DNA from: Chromera velia
Taxonomy: Eukaryota
DNA: 56,915 nt
Assembly (NCBI GenBank): GCA_018398765.1
Contig: JAHBMJ010000097.1
Coordinates: forward strand, 1-56,915
Reading direction: 5' to 3'
Shown here: positions 44,068-56,915 of the stretch, piece after piece
How positions within the stretch are numbered: the stretch's first letter is position 1
Layout of the letters: the number at the start of each line of letters is the position of its first letter
Translations under genes and position numbers: made by a program
The notes under the pieces: model-generated
Databases searched by the model: none
The model's input: only the letters and a program-made list of their open reading frames with translations
Told to the model about the DNA's origin: nothing

Positions 44068-44837
44068 CTACTTTGACGTCCGTGTGTATGCAGATTTCTG
44101 AATTTGTATAGCTCTGTCTATGGGCGTGTCCTCCTCTATTTGTCATGGTGCACCATGGTTGTGCACCAACCCAAACTGCTTAACTCCTCCGCTTTCCTGT
44201 CTTTCTTCCTTCCTTCCTCCTGCAGAAGAACTGTCAAACTTTCGACTCATCAACAGGCTGTTCACTCTGCGGAGATCCGGGCGTCCCCCGTCTCCCTCAA
44301 TTGATGCACAGGGAGACACGGTCATGTCGGCAGCAGACGGGGGCGGAGAGGGGGGGACGGAAGAGGCCTCTTCGTCTTCCTCTTCTGGTCCTGCAGCTGC
44401 AGCAGCGTCTTCTCCTTCTCCTTCTCCTTCTCCCCCCCCCTGCCTGTCTGCCGTCATGTCCCCTCTCTCCCGAGTCGATCCAGATGCACAAGAACCCTCA
44501 GACACCTTTCCGGGTCGGTCGGCGTGAAGGAGAAGCTTTTTCCACGTTTTCCTTCCTGCCTTTCCTCGCCCAACCTCTGTTCTTGGACCCCCTCTGGTCT
44601 TCTGGTGTCCTTCCTTCTCGCTGAACGTCTGCAGAACTCATTTTACGTGCACCAAGCAGCCGTCATTCAGCTGCAGAAGCACATGCAGGAACATGCCCTC
44701 AATGTAGCACAGCACAGGCAGGAAATACACATCCCTCAATGACTGACGGAATCCATCAGAAATCTTGCGGATGCACATTCTCCTTTTTCTATAAGAGCGT
44801 GGCTGCGGTCTCATGGCTTGTATGGCCAGGAGAATGT

Positions 44838-44868
<31 letters not shown>

Positions 44869-45680
44869 TCTCATGAGTGTCACTGCAGCTCTAGACTTCG
44901 AGCAACTTGGGCGTTTCTTCTCCCAAATTCAGCAATTCGACGAGGCAAAGGGGTCCGAATGGTCCAACAAGCTGCTGCAGTCCATCACGAGTCTGTGCGA
45001 ACAGCTGCTGGTTGAAGCCGACATCGAGGCAAAGAAGAAACTTCAAGCGGAACGGGAAAAAAGAGAAAAAGAAAAGGCCACCTCCCCATGGAACCCCTAC
45101 AGGGACCCTGACAGATTCACTTTGAAACCAGTCGTCATGTCAGTTCGTTAATTCGTCTCTTCTTATTTTGTGAGTGAGCTATCGAAGAGCCCGCGAGATA
45201 AAGGAAGCGACTATTTTGGATGCAATTCGCGTTGAGCCTCTTTCAAAGGGGCGTTACCCCCCTGCAACTGACAGCACGACTGTGACACAAAGACAGCGAA
45301 CGCGTCGTCACTTCAACCGTTTCCCTGTCGTCTTTCCCCCCATCAGTCTTACCCTGGAAGGAAGAGTGTTTCCTTTCCTCCTGCATGCAAACTGGCTGGC
45401 AGACCTGTCTTCGCGCCAGTTGAACTCCCGTCCGCTTGCACGCCTTCCTTTTCAATGAATTGGTGAGATGCTTCTGTTTTGCCGCAGTGGTCGCCCACCA
45501 GGTCGACACTTAACCCTCTTTGTGCGCACTCTCTGCTGGTTCGTTTTCATTCGCTTTCTGTGTCCTGACGGTTACTTGGACGCAGGCTCTACTACCCGTC
45601 TCAGTTGCGCATGTTCCTCATCGCGCTCGGTAAGTCTTCCTGTCAGCCTATCTGGTCGACAGGAGAGGAGACTCGATACA

Positions 45681-45716
<36 letters not shown>

Positions 45717-48700
45717 TGTCTATGTCTTTTGTTGCCCTCTCTCATCGATCCTTGCCTCTCAGTTTTTCTCAGGAACAACAGTTCCTCTACGTCTCAGGAA
45801 GACAGGAACAACAGGAACGACTGCAGAGAACCATTCACTCCTTGCCTTCCTGCCTGTCTGCCTCTCTATGTTTTTCCTGTCCTCATCTCTTCTCTTCTCT
45901 TCTCTTCGGTGCTGTTCCTTCCATCTGTGCCTCCATGCAGAGCACCCCGGACTGAGGGAATACGAGAACTTTGAAATGTTTGACAAGATCCTTTCGTGCA
46001 TCCAAAAACTTCCTCCTGAGGGAAGGAAAACACTCATCGAATGGTTAGTTGATTGCGAATGAAGAAAAACTTCTCCCCCCTTTGTCTCTCTCTCTTCCTG
46101 ATGCCTGCACTAATGCCGGTTGCTTTCTTTCTTCCTGGCTTGTGCCACTACAGAAAAAACCTGTTTGCATTTTTTGGGGCAGTTTCTTGCGCCACCCCTC
46201 ACTTCCACCGCCGCTCAAAATCAGAGCCGCCTGGGTGCTCATTTTTTTGCTCCTGAACCTGAAAATTCTGTCTTTCTTGGTCTTCCTGTTTTGACCTCCT
46301 CCACCATCCATCAATTCATCCATTCAGGTGCATCACTTCCTCCTTTCCCCTCCCCCTGTGCGCAGGTATGCCAATATTGATGAAGCTGAGGGTGTCGCTG
46401 CCCCCCCTGTGCCTGCCCGGCCGCGTGCCCCCTTCATTCCAGAGAGTGCGCAGACGGTCAACGAGAGGAGCATCGGCAAACAGAGCATCGAGAACCTCCT
46501 CCAGGCTCTGCAGCAACTCCTCACAAGTCAGTCAGTTAGTCAGTCAGTCAGAGAAGTGGAGTTCAGAGCCCCATGCCTTCCAATTCTTTTTTACGGTCCG
46601 TTTCCATTCAATCAGGCACAAGGGTCCTATGGCATCTTTCTTTCCAGCTGGGCCATTCATTCATTCATTCATTCATTCATTCATTCTCTTTGCCATTTTA
46701 CCCTTTGAATCTCTCTGCTCAATTGACCCCGGGAGGGACCTTGCGTCTCTCTCTACTCTTCCTGCATGTGTGCGTGAACTCTTCGATCCTCCCATCGTGT
46801 CCTGTCCACCAGGAAGGACTTGCATGCACTCGGGTGTTCCTTCCAAAAAAGAAAGGTGACGTGCCCTGAAATGGACATTTTGTATTGCTTTGTGTGGACC
46901 CATCAATCGCATCCTCAGTTCGCATTCTGGAGAATTTGAACGAGGACGCACGGCAACAGGGGTACGACCAGTTCATCAAAGAGGCAGGTCCCTCCGCCAG
47001 AGCTGCACTGAACGTGATGGGCATCTTGTTTGAAGCCAACGAGAAGAGAAAACAGAAATCGGGCAGGTGGGCGGGCTTCGACTTGCTTCCTCGATTGTCT
47101 GTTGTTTCCTTTCCTTTTCATGTGCGTACTCCATTTGTACGTCTCCTTCCTTTGCTTGCAAGCGGGCATGAATTAATTAAGTAGTCCTTCCATGTTGTAA
47201 GGGAGGAAAGAAAACCTTCCTCTTCGATTCATTCTTGCAAATATTTGCGGTTTTTTTTGGTGGGTCATGGGGTCACTGTCGGAATGCGAATGGTTCTTTC
47301 CTTTCTTGCCTCATTTTTCTTTGTGTCTCTACTTCTCTCCCGACGTGAAGCCTTTTCTGGAAGAGCTTTTGTTTTTTTCTGGTGTCCTTTTTGCATGGCG
47401 TTCAAGCTCTCTGTTGGGAGGGGAAGGGTGGGGGGAGAGGGTGTTCGTGCGCCGACGCATGCGCCTCCTGCTTGTCAATCTCTTTACGTGTACGTGCTTG
47501 CATCCGAATGGTGCATGTCTTTGCAGGAGGCGCCCTTTCGGCATAGCTCTGTGGGAGGATTTCCGGAATGATGCCGTGAACGCCTCCGGACTTCTGGTCA
47601 AACATGAAACCATCAGGTCGGTAGGTCAGTCAGTCAGTCAGAAACGGAGACAGACCTCCACTAGCATCCCTACAGGGATGGCATTTTTCTTTTTCTCTTT
47701 TGTGTCCGAGCCCTGGTGGTTGAGTGTTCTCTTGTTCTGGTGTGAGAGTCCATCAAGGTGATATATCGACGGTGTGGGAGGGAGGGAAGTAAGGCAGTGC
47801 CGAGACCGAAAGCAAGAAAGTTGCATGGTGATGTGAACGTACGTTTGAGCTCATTTTCTTTTGAGGAACTCCCCCTTCTCCTCTGTGTGTAGCATTCGAA
47901 AGAAGGACTCTGACTGCACACATATATGTGCACGTGCATGACTGTTTTTCAGATGGATTTCTGAGATGAGGGGGCAGCGAGACCCTCCAGGCATCGACCT
48001 CTGCCGATTCTACTTCGTGTTGGACCCCGCCAATAAAGCGCAAATCCTCAAGGTTTGTCGGTGTGATCGGAGTCGGAGAATTGCTCTGGTATTTTCGTTT
48101 TTTGTGTTGTAGGAAGAATGAGCGCCAGCAAGACTGGATGGAGAGGGTGGGACGGTCTGCTGTCGCGTGAATGTATTTCTCCCCTCCCAATTTCTTTCTA
48201 CCTGTCTATCTGTGATGTTTGCCGTTTTTGTGAAACGAAACAACCAAGACTCTGGGATGATGCACGAAGAGTCTTTCCTTTCAAGGAATGAGTTCTTTGG
48301 GCCGTTGTGATACGACATAAAAAGAGATACACACATACACACACTCACACACACACAGGTACATAGGTTCAGAAAGACGGTCAAGCCCGCGTCCCTTCTC
48401 CCGCTTCGTCTCGCCCATCTGCAACGCCGTCCGTCTTTGAGATTGTGCCTGCCCGCTGTTCTGATATTCCTGCTCTCTCTGCATGCTCTGAGTCTTTCTT
48501 GTTTGCTTTGTGTTGGCCTGTGCAGTGGCACGCCACAGTCCAGCAGAGACAGGAGAGCCACAACGCGATGCTGGCTTCTCTCATGGGCGGGTAAGTGTTT
48601 TTTCTTTTTCTACTGGAAGAAAGACGCAGTGGTTCCTTAAGAATGAATGCCTCTCGGTAGGTGAGCGTGGAGAGGAGAAGGCAGAGAGAGCGACGGGGGA

Positions 48701-48979
48701 AAAGAGATGACCGACGATGGTGGAGCCCGGCAGGCAGGAGGTTGAGGGGTCGGATCCGTCCTCCCTCCCTCTTTTGTTTTGGTTTCTTGTGATATTTTTC
48801 TTCCGGATGACCAATGCGCCCAGAATAGGATCGACGGAGCATTGGTTGAGTCCTCGCGTTTGCTCCCTCCTTGTCTTTCCTTGTTAGTTGCCCGGATGCG
48901 TTCATGGCCCCCACCACGTAAACTTGCTCTTTTCGTTTCTCCACACCTCTTTTTTTTCATAACCTTTGCCACCCTACTT

Positions 48980-49018
<39 letters not shown>

Positions 49019-51213
49019 TTTAAATACGCGTGTGCAGGCACCGGTCCTATCCGTATTTGTATTTGCGCGTCCAGAGGACGAACATTGTGGAGGATACGCT
49101 CAGACAGGTGAGAGAGAGCAGGGGGCGCTGCATGGTGGGTGATAGGGCAGGGCGGCGGGGGCGTGTGGGAGGATCTTTCTTTCTCTGAAGCTATCCACCG
49201 GATTGGTTTTCGTCCTAGCTGGCACAGACAGACCAGTTGCTTTCATTGAGTTTCGGCTGGCGGTTTTGCTTTATTCATGGAGTCTTTCACTGTGTCTGTC
49301 CTTCTTTTGGTATCGTTCCAACTGGTTGTCCCTCCCCTTTTTTTTTCAGTTGAGTCGCCACCCGACGACAGACTTGAAGAAGCAGCTGAAGATTCAGTTC
49401 GAAGCAGAGGAGGGGGTGGACGAGGGAGGGCCGACAAAGGAGTTCTTCCAATTGCTCATCCAAGAGGTCGGTCGGTCGGTCGGTCAGGGTGCCGGGTTTC
49501 TGCCTGTCTGCCTGCCTGCCTGCCCGTCTGTTTGTCTCTCGGATGGTCTCTTTGCCTGCCCGGTGTAGCGTGTCGGTCCCGTCATCCTTCCTGCATGTCT
49601 GAGAAAGGAAAGTTATCGCTGCAAAGATGCGGCATGCGATGTCTGTCCTGCTCTGTTTGTCTGGGTGCTTCGGCTGATCCTCTCCCGTCACTGCGGTTTC
49701 CCTCCCATCCGTTCCACGCTGCTTGAGATTCAATTCAAGACTTCAGATTCCTTTTCTGGTTCCAGGAATGGGTGATGGAAGAGCCACGCACGCAGCATGC
49801 AGTTCGAGGTGAGATTGCATTTCTTGTTCTCCTGTCTGTATTTCTCCTGTCTCTCCTGTCCCCTGATTGATGAATGGATGGATGAATGAGTCTTGCAGCT
49901 GTTCAATGCCGATTTCGGGATGTTCATTTACAACGAGGACTCCCACCTCTTCTGGTTCAACTCGAACAGGTAGGGAGACAGGGTGGGGGGGGTGTTATGG
50001 GGGACGGTCAGTGTGGGTCTGTCGGACTGCTCTTTGCATGCTGGTAATTCATTCAGGCGAGGAAGAAATGCGGACTCTGATTGTAGTTTTTCGGTGTACA
50101 GCGAAAAGTCTCTGGTACAATGCATGTGTGTTTCTTCTTCTGTACACAGCATGCATCGGATTGATTTACATGACAGATTCTCCTCAATGTTCCCCCTGCT
50201 TCTTTCCGCCTCTTTGCATCAATCACTCCGTCCGTGTATGCATGCATGCATGCATGCAGTCTTGAGGCCAATCTGCAATTCGAGCTGATCGGGAAAGTTC
50301 TGGGTCTGGCGATCTACAACAGCGTGATCCTGGACGTCCACTTTCCTCTAGCAGTCTACAAGAAACTGATGGGGGTCTGTCAGCTCGAGTATGGGGTGGA
50401 TGTTGGGGAGTTTCTGTCTGCCTGTCTGCCCTTCTGTCTGAAGTGAAGGTGGAGTCACTGTGCGGGTACAGACAAAGAGCGCCAACTCCCAGCAATGGGA
50501 TGAAGTTTGGTGGCACGCATGTCCACGTCGGAACCTTTTTTGTGACTGAAGCTCACTGCGCCTGTATGAGTGGAGTAAATGAATGCATGGACTGCATTGT
50601 TTGAGTGGACAGGAAAAGATTTGAACATTCACCACCTCTCTCCCTGCTGCCTGCCCGCTTTTCTGCCTGCAGGAGTCGGTTGGGCTCGATGACCTCCGGG
50701 AGCTTCAGCCCGATATTGCAAGGTGTGTGGGGATCGAGGTGTAGGTTCGTTCTGTGAAGTGTTGTTTCCTCATTGGTTCTGCTTTGGTTGGGTACGTTTC
50801 TCGCTTTGTCTGGCTCTTTTTCCGAATGTGTATGGAAAAGATGTGCTGCATGGTGGTAGAAAGAGAATCCGGATTGCAGGGAATTGTACATAAACTTTGC
50901 ACTGCAGGAGTCTGGAGCGTTTGGAGAAAACAGAGAGCCCGAAAGAACTGGAGGACGCTTCCCTGACGTTCTCTGTCGAGGTGCGCCTGTCTGTGCGCTC
51001 ATTTGTTCATCTCTCTCTCTCTGTCTCTCTCTCTCTGTGTGTGTGTGTGCGTGTGTGTGTCTTTTTTCCTGTCTCCCTGTTGCGTGCGCTAGCGCTCTTT
51101 CTCTCTCTCGGTGTGTGTATGTGTACATGCGTGTGTGTGAGAGGGAGAAACATACACAGTGTGCTGTGAAAGGCTGAACGATCGAATGAGTGTGTGTGTG
51201 TGTGTGTGTGTGA

Positions 51214-51246
<33 letters not shown>

Positions 51247-51271
51247 CGCGTGTGTGTGTATGTGTATGTGT

Positions 51272-51306
<35 letters not shown>

Positions 51307-52341
51307 CGTGCGTGCGTGTGTGTGCGCGCGTGTGCGCGTGCGTGTCTAGATCCTTTTTGTCTCCTCCACACGAGTGAGGTGTGTTGTGAAAGGCTGAACG
51401 ATCGACTGAGTGTGTGTGTCTGTGTGTGCGTGCGTGGGTGCAGGTCGAGCGGTTCGGAGTCGTGGAGGAGAAAGAGCTCGTCCCAGGGGGGTCCGAGAGA
51501 GCTGTGACGCTCGACAACGTGTCAGTCCGCCATCTTGTTTGTTTGTGTGTCTGTCAGTATTTCCGGAGGGGAAGGAAAGACACACACACACACACACAGA
51601 CAGTCTGTCGGGTCCCGTACCGCCGTAGTCTGAGCGACCGTGTCGTCCTTTTGTCTTTGCTTCTTTCCTTCTTTCATTCTCTGTAGTGCAAGCCAAAAAA
51701 AAGAAGCGAAAAAACGCTTCTTTCTGTCCGTCTTTCAACCAGTCGGCCGTGAAGTGGAGGAACGCATTTGCATTTGTCTGCGTGACGGTCCTGCCTCGGG
51801 AAACGTTCTGCCTTTTTTTTTCATTTCCCTCTCTCTTGTGTCTTCCTTCGTTCCTGCCTGCAGGTGTGAGTACATCGACCTCTACACAGACTGGCTTCTG
51901 AACAAATCAATTCAACCTCAGTTCAAGGTGGGAGGGGGGAAGGGAGGGGGCAGAGGCAACACCTCTTTTTTTGATTCACGTGCACACAGACGCCTCGCGT
52001 CTTTTTTTCGATTTCAGCTCTTCGTGGATGCGTTTTCTGCTTCCATATCGAGCAGAGATGCGACCTTTACGCTGAATCTGTCGTTTGCTGTGTGCCGAGT
52101 CTCGAGACAGATGTGTGTTCAGTGAGATTTGCAGGCATTGCCCTTGTGTTGTCGACCTTCATCCATCGCATACTTAGGTGGTCATTTTCATTCCTTCCTG
52201 CTTACTGTTCCTGCCTGCAGGCCTTCCAAAGGGGGTTTGATGACGTCTGTCGAGGGGGCGGCTTTGAAATGTTCAGGTAGGTGCGTTGGCTTTGTGTTAG
52301 GCAGGCAGCCCTGATGTGGTGGAGGGGAGGGCGAGTGGGGC

Positions 52342-52410
<69 letters not shown>

Positions 52411-53256
52411 GAAGTGGATGGGGTGGTTGGAAAAGAGGAAAAGAACACACAGATTCAAGCCAAGGAGGAGAGCAGGGACAGAGTCTATATGACAGACGGT
52501 TGATAGTCCATAGGGTCTCCCCAACATTTTGCGGATCCCCTACTGTTCTTGTCGCATCAGTGAGAGAGGAGAGGGAGAGACAGAAAAGAAAGAATCGATC
52601 CCCATGTTTGGCACGTACCCTCCGGTTGCATGGATGCAGAGCTGAGGAGGTGGAGCTTCTGGTTTGCGGGTCCACTGATTTGGACTTCGAGGGCCTGGAG
52701 AAGCATGTGAGCTACCAGGTCGGTCTGCCTGCCTGTCTGCACGATCGAGGGTTTGAAGGGGGGAGAGTAGCAGTACGCGAAGTGCGGAGGAGCTCTGCCG
52801 ATTTGTGCCTTCTCAATGTTGTTGCTCTGACGCCAGAAGTGCACTTCGCATTCACCTGAGTGCATGCTTGGATGCCTGGCTGTCCTCAGTCGCTGATTCA
52901 CGCCTGCTTTTTTGCGTAGCTAAGAAACGTGTTTCGAATTTGTGTCAATGGACCTGCAGGATGGGTTTACGGAATCTTCTCAGACTGTTCGCCACTTCTG
53001 GGAGGTTGTGCACGGCTTGAGCACAGAAGAGAAGAAAAAGTTTCTTTTCTTTCTCACAGGCTCGGACCGTGTGCCCATCAAGGGTTTAAAGAGCCTTCAA
53101 CTGTTCATTTCCCGAAACGGTCCCGACTCAGATAGACTCCCCACGGCGCACACGTGTTTCAACCACCTGCTGCTGCCTGACTACGGTAATAAGGAGAAAC
53201 TGGAAAAGTTTCTCAGAATTGCAATCGAGAATTCAAAGGGATTCGGCCTGATGTGA
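43038..53256 (+). CDS. HECT-domain E3 ubiquitin ligase (UBE3A/HECTD2-like), many exons
   Basis: Proposed start ATG ACA GA|gtaagt (43038), then exons 43161-43234 and 43501 onward. HECT peptides [61 protein letters not shown]. Terminal exon FLTGSDRVP...[17 protein letters not shown]...GFGLM* contains the catalytic Cys. Confidence 0.95.
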
Positions 53257-56236
53257 TGTGGTGCGGCGGCGATCGATCAAGCTTGTATGTCGGAGAGCCG
53301 TCTCAAAAAGTTTGAAAATGGCCGTGAAAACCTCAGACTATAGACTTAATTAATATATCAATTGCGCCGTTATGCATCTATATGCATGTCTTCGAAATAC
53401 ATGCAAGCTCGCGCGGTGTTTTGTCTTAGGTTTTGTCGATCAAACAGGTAAGACACTCATCCCATGTATCTAGCCATGTATGCGGTTTTTATCGATCTGA
53501 CATCTAGGAAAGAATTGGAAAGAATCTTACTCTATTTGATTAATTAGTTAGTTAAAATATGCATAGCCCCACTTGGAGCGCTAAGGTCCTACGAAAACTT
53601 TGTTTTTGATGATAATGGTTTTCATTTTTGTATTTCTACACGTTGGGTCAAAAAAATAAGATTTTAGAGCAAGCACTTCGAACAGTGGCTATAACCTGCG
53701 CAACAGGGCCGATTAAGCGTCATCAAGGGCCGTGGAGCTACAACTAAATCTTATTAAATTATTTAGAATTTACAGACTAGAAATTACTATAGATTAGAAT
53801 AACTTTAAAGTTCCTGATCTCTTAGTAACAAGCTAACTAACTCTACCTTATGAGTTTAACTATTTTAGGATAATATAGACTGTTACATGCCGTGGCCCCC
53901 GAGCCACGGTATCTGTAGCCCAAACCGAAAGGAAAAAAGTAAAGGTGAGCCCTGCCCCCTACACCGAATTTCGCACGCGCACCACTTACGTAGTTCCTCA
54001 TATTTCGGGTCGCAAACGCCTTACGGGACTGCGCAGTAAAAATTTTGCCCATGCATAATTGAAATGATTGAATTCGACCGCCTCTGAAGTCTGAATTCAG
54101 ATGCGCTATCAGATGTGCTGTTTGACAGCTTTGTCAGACTTTGTAATGTGGGTGAGCAGATGAGGGAAATCTTCAACTTAATGACGGACGTGGGCATGAC
54201 AGTGAGTGAGAGCTGGGTGAAAACACTACTCTTCAAACGCCGTCTCCGCGCATCTCAATCTATCTGTTGTGAGTTTCATATTGTTTCCGGACTAAGCAGA
54301 TCTGCCCTTTGGTCAGGTCTCCACCTGTCCTGCTCCAAGGAAAGGTGAGTGGTCAATCTGTTCCTGTCTTCGTATTCCTCCTGTTTATTTGACTCCATAA
54401 ATGAAAGGGAGACAGTCAGAGACAATCTGCTAGCAAGCGCATACGACTCTCTGCCACGAGCGAGCTGCTAAACCCGGGCGCCCATGGCTTTCCTCTAGGG
54501 TATTTGACTGTTTTAATTACGATTAAGATTCCATAAATAAAATCATATAAAACACATAATAAAAAACATAAATTATTCAAACATTTTAGGTTGAAGGAAC
54601 GTAGTTCTTCTTAAAAAGCTTAAATCTAGTGAAATTAAACGTGATTACGGGTGAAACTAATCATATACCCCCCTTTTTATAGTATGTCTCTTACAACTGA
54701 TTACGGATTACAAGATTACGGCATGTTTTATAAAAAGCCATCAATAATTTTTTGATGTCTTAGGTCTCTGTGTGACATTTTCTGTTTTTTGCTCACTGCA
54801 CTGTATGGCACTACAATGTGTATGAGCTGCCAGTCAGTGTATGTGACGCGCTCGACTGTCTTGCTCGGTCTTGCTGACTCAGTTTAGAACCGTTTCCTTC
54901 TCTACCCTCTCCCCCTGCAAAACCTAATCCGCCCAAACTAAGAAGGGCCACGTCTTAGTTCCCCTGAAGGAAAAAACAAGAAACTACTCCTCATTTTCCT
55001 TCTCCTTCTCCTCTCCGTCTTCCTCCTCCTCCTCCTCCTCCTCCTCGTTGTCCCCCGCTTCCTCACCTCTGCTCTGCTCTTCCTCATTGGAACTGTCACG
55101 GATGATGTCTCCCTCCTCCCCCGTTTCTTTTTCACCCGTAGCATGTGCAGATTGCTCTTCTGCCTCAGGAAAAGTCTGTTTATAGACGAAGATGAGCTGC
55201 TAAAAGTCAAGGAAGCGTTTAAGGAGCCCCTTGCTAAAGACCCTAATGTTGTGATGGATGTTGTAATTGAAGTCTAGTGATGACACTATCACATTGTGAC
55301 GGTTTGATTTTGTTTTTTGAAGGAAGGTCCAAGGGGGGGGGGGTGTTTACTCAATTTTACTACATATTATGCATTACAAGTTTACGAGCCCTTTCTAGAC
55401 ATCACCTAGAGACACAACTTTAATCGCAGATTGTGAGCCAACCAGTGAGCACTTTGATAACATTTTGACTTTGTTTGAAGTAATTTAATGCAATAAGTCC
55501 TAAAAAAATGGTTTTTAATATACGGGTGATGTTTAACACTAACATACCCTATGTATAACCCCTAAAAGTCATAGAGTAATGTTTGAGCCTGCCATGCAAT
55601 ACATGTGATTTCCTGTCTGTACTGACTTTGGGCTGTGAATCCTTGTGTCTTTGAGTAAATGGGTGAATGAGTAGGCGTGTTGGGTTTCCGTGTCCGTCTA
55701 CATATCTGTCTTAAAGTATCCCCCCGTTGCTGTCCACGATACTCGTTTCGATGCACAGTACCCCTGTAGACAAATTTTTCTAGTATTTATGTGCGTGGAT
55801 GCCAGTCTGTGATATGGTTTTATCTTCATGTGCTCTGTCCGGCTTTCTCCGTTCCACATTTTTCTGTGTCCCTTAGGCTATGTGTATATTGAAATTCGTC
55901 TCCTTTGAGTGACCAGGTGCACGTTGATTGAGTGCAGGAGTGCTGAGACTCTGAGGAGAAGCGCAAGGGCAAAAAACTGGCTGACTGACTGCCTGACTGA
56001 CTGACTAACCCACTGATCGACTGGCAGCGATAGACAGTCACAGTAACTGACTATTTGTCTGTCTTGTAGGTTTGTCTTGCTATCTGTAAAAAAATTCCCC
56101 TCCCCTGGAATAAAAATATGGCCTGTTTGCCTGCCTGCCCACCTGCTCACCTGCCTACCTATCTGTCTGCTTCTCCGTATATTTGTCTGTATAACATGGT
56201 ATATAGGTGTATGCGTATGTATATGAGGCCAGGAGG

Positions 56237-56273
<37 letters not shown>

Positions 56274-56328
56274 TGAGAGCAAGAGCGAGAGTGAGAGCAA
56301 GAGCGAGAGTGAGACAGAGAGAGAGAGA

Positions 56329-56371
<43 letters not shown>

Positions 56372-56797
56372 TGGGCAGCTTGTGCTTTAAGGCTTTAGCA
56401 GGACTACATCCATGATGTATTTCATTGTGTTGGCCTTTCTGCCTCGTGTGTTTTTGTGCATACGTGAGAGCTTCCTTTGAAAGGCTCTTTGACATTCCCG
56501 CTCCACTCTACCGCAGGGCCTGTGTATACTAGTGTGTATGGTTGTCTCTCGGTGTGTGTTTGCCTGCATATTCCTTTATACGACCACCAGGCAGTGTACC
56601 GAGGTCTGCTTGCTTGATATTACACTCAAAACTCTCTGGGTTGATTGCCTGCTTTGGGGTTACTGCCCAGGGCCACTGCCTCTTTTTGCACTGCACAATT
56701 TTGAATGTTCTACGTATCAGTCTGTGAATGAAATGAAAGCCTTAGAAACTTTGAAGGAAAGGGGACATTCCTTAGCACATCCTTATCTAATCTTCCG

Positions 56798-56915
<118 letters not shown>

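Noticed and set aside
50553..51738. His/Thr- and Cys/Val-rich ORFs
   Set aside because: (CA)n/(TG)n intronic repeats inside the HECT gene.

Overview
Intron-rich eukaryotic nuclear DNA with GT-AG introns full of (AG)n/(TG)n microsatellites and abundant TGCATGCA motifs. The style suggests a chromerid/apicomplexan relative such as Chromera; that is inference, not proven. Host genes: a multi-exon Cys-rich multipass membrane protein (~3.3-7.5 kb), seipin with a very long low-complexity tail, ALG2 mannosyltransferase, an EAPP-like zinc protein and a HECT E3 ligase. Mobile DNA: a complete but decayed Ty3/Gypsy element (538-bp LTRs, ACTCC target-site duplication, Met-i PBS, chromodomain-like tail), three copies of a ~235-250 bp MITE with 8-bp TSDs (one nested inside another), and a BED-finger transposase relic. 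The standout is an intronless 680-aa ORF (26849-28891) built as TM-DAC-TM-DAC-TM. Its two diadenylate-cyclase (DisA_N/CdaA-like) domains have lost complementary catalytic motifs, which suggests a single-active-site pseudo-heterodimeric dinucleotide synthase in a eukaryote. Second, the differences between the two LTRs are dominated by CpA->TpA and CpG->TpG transitions, a RIP-like pattern.
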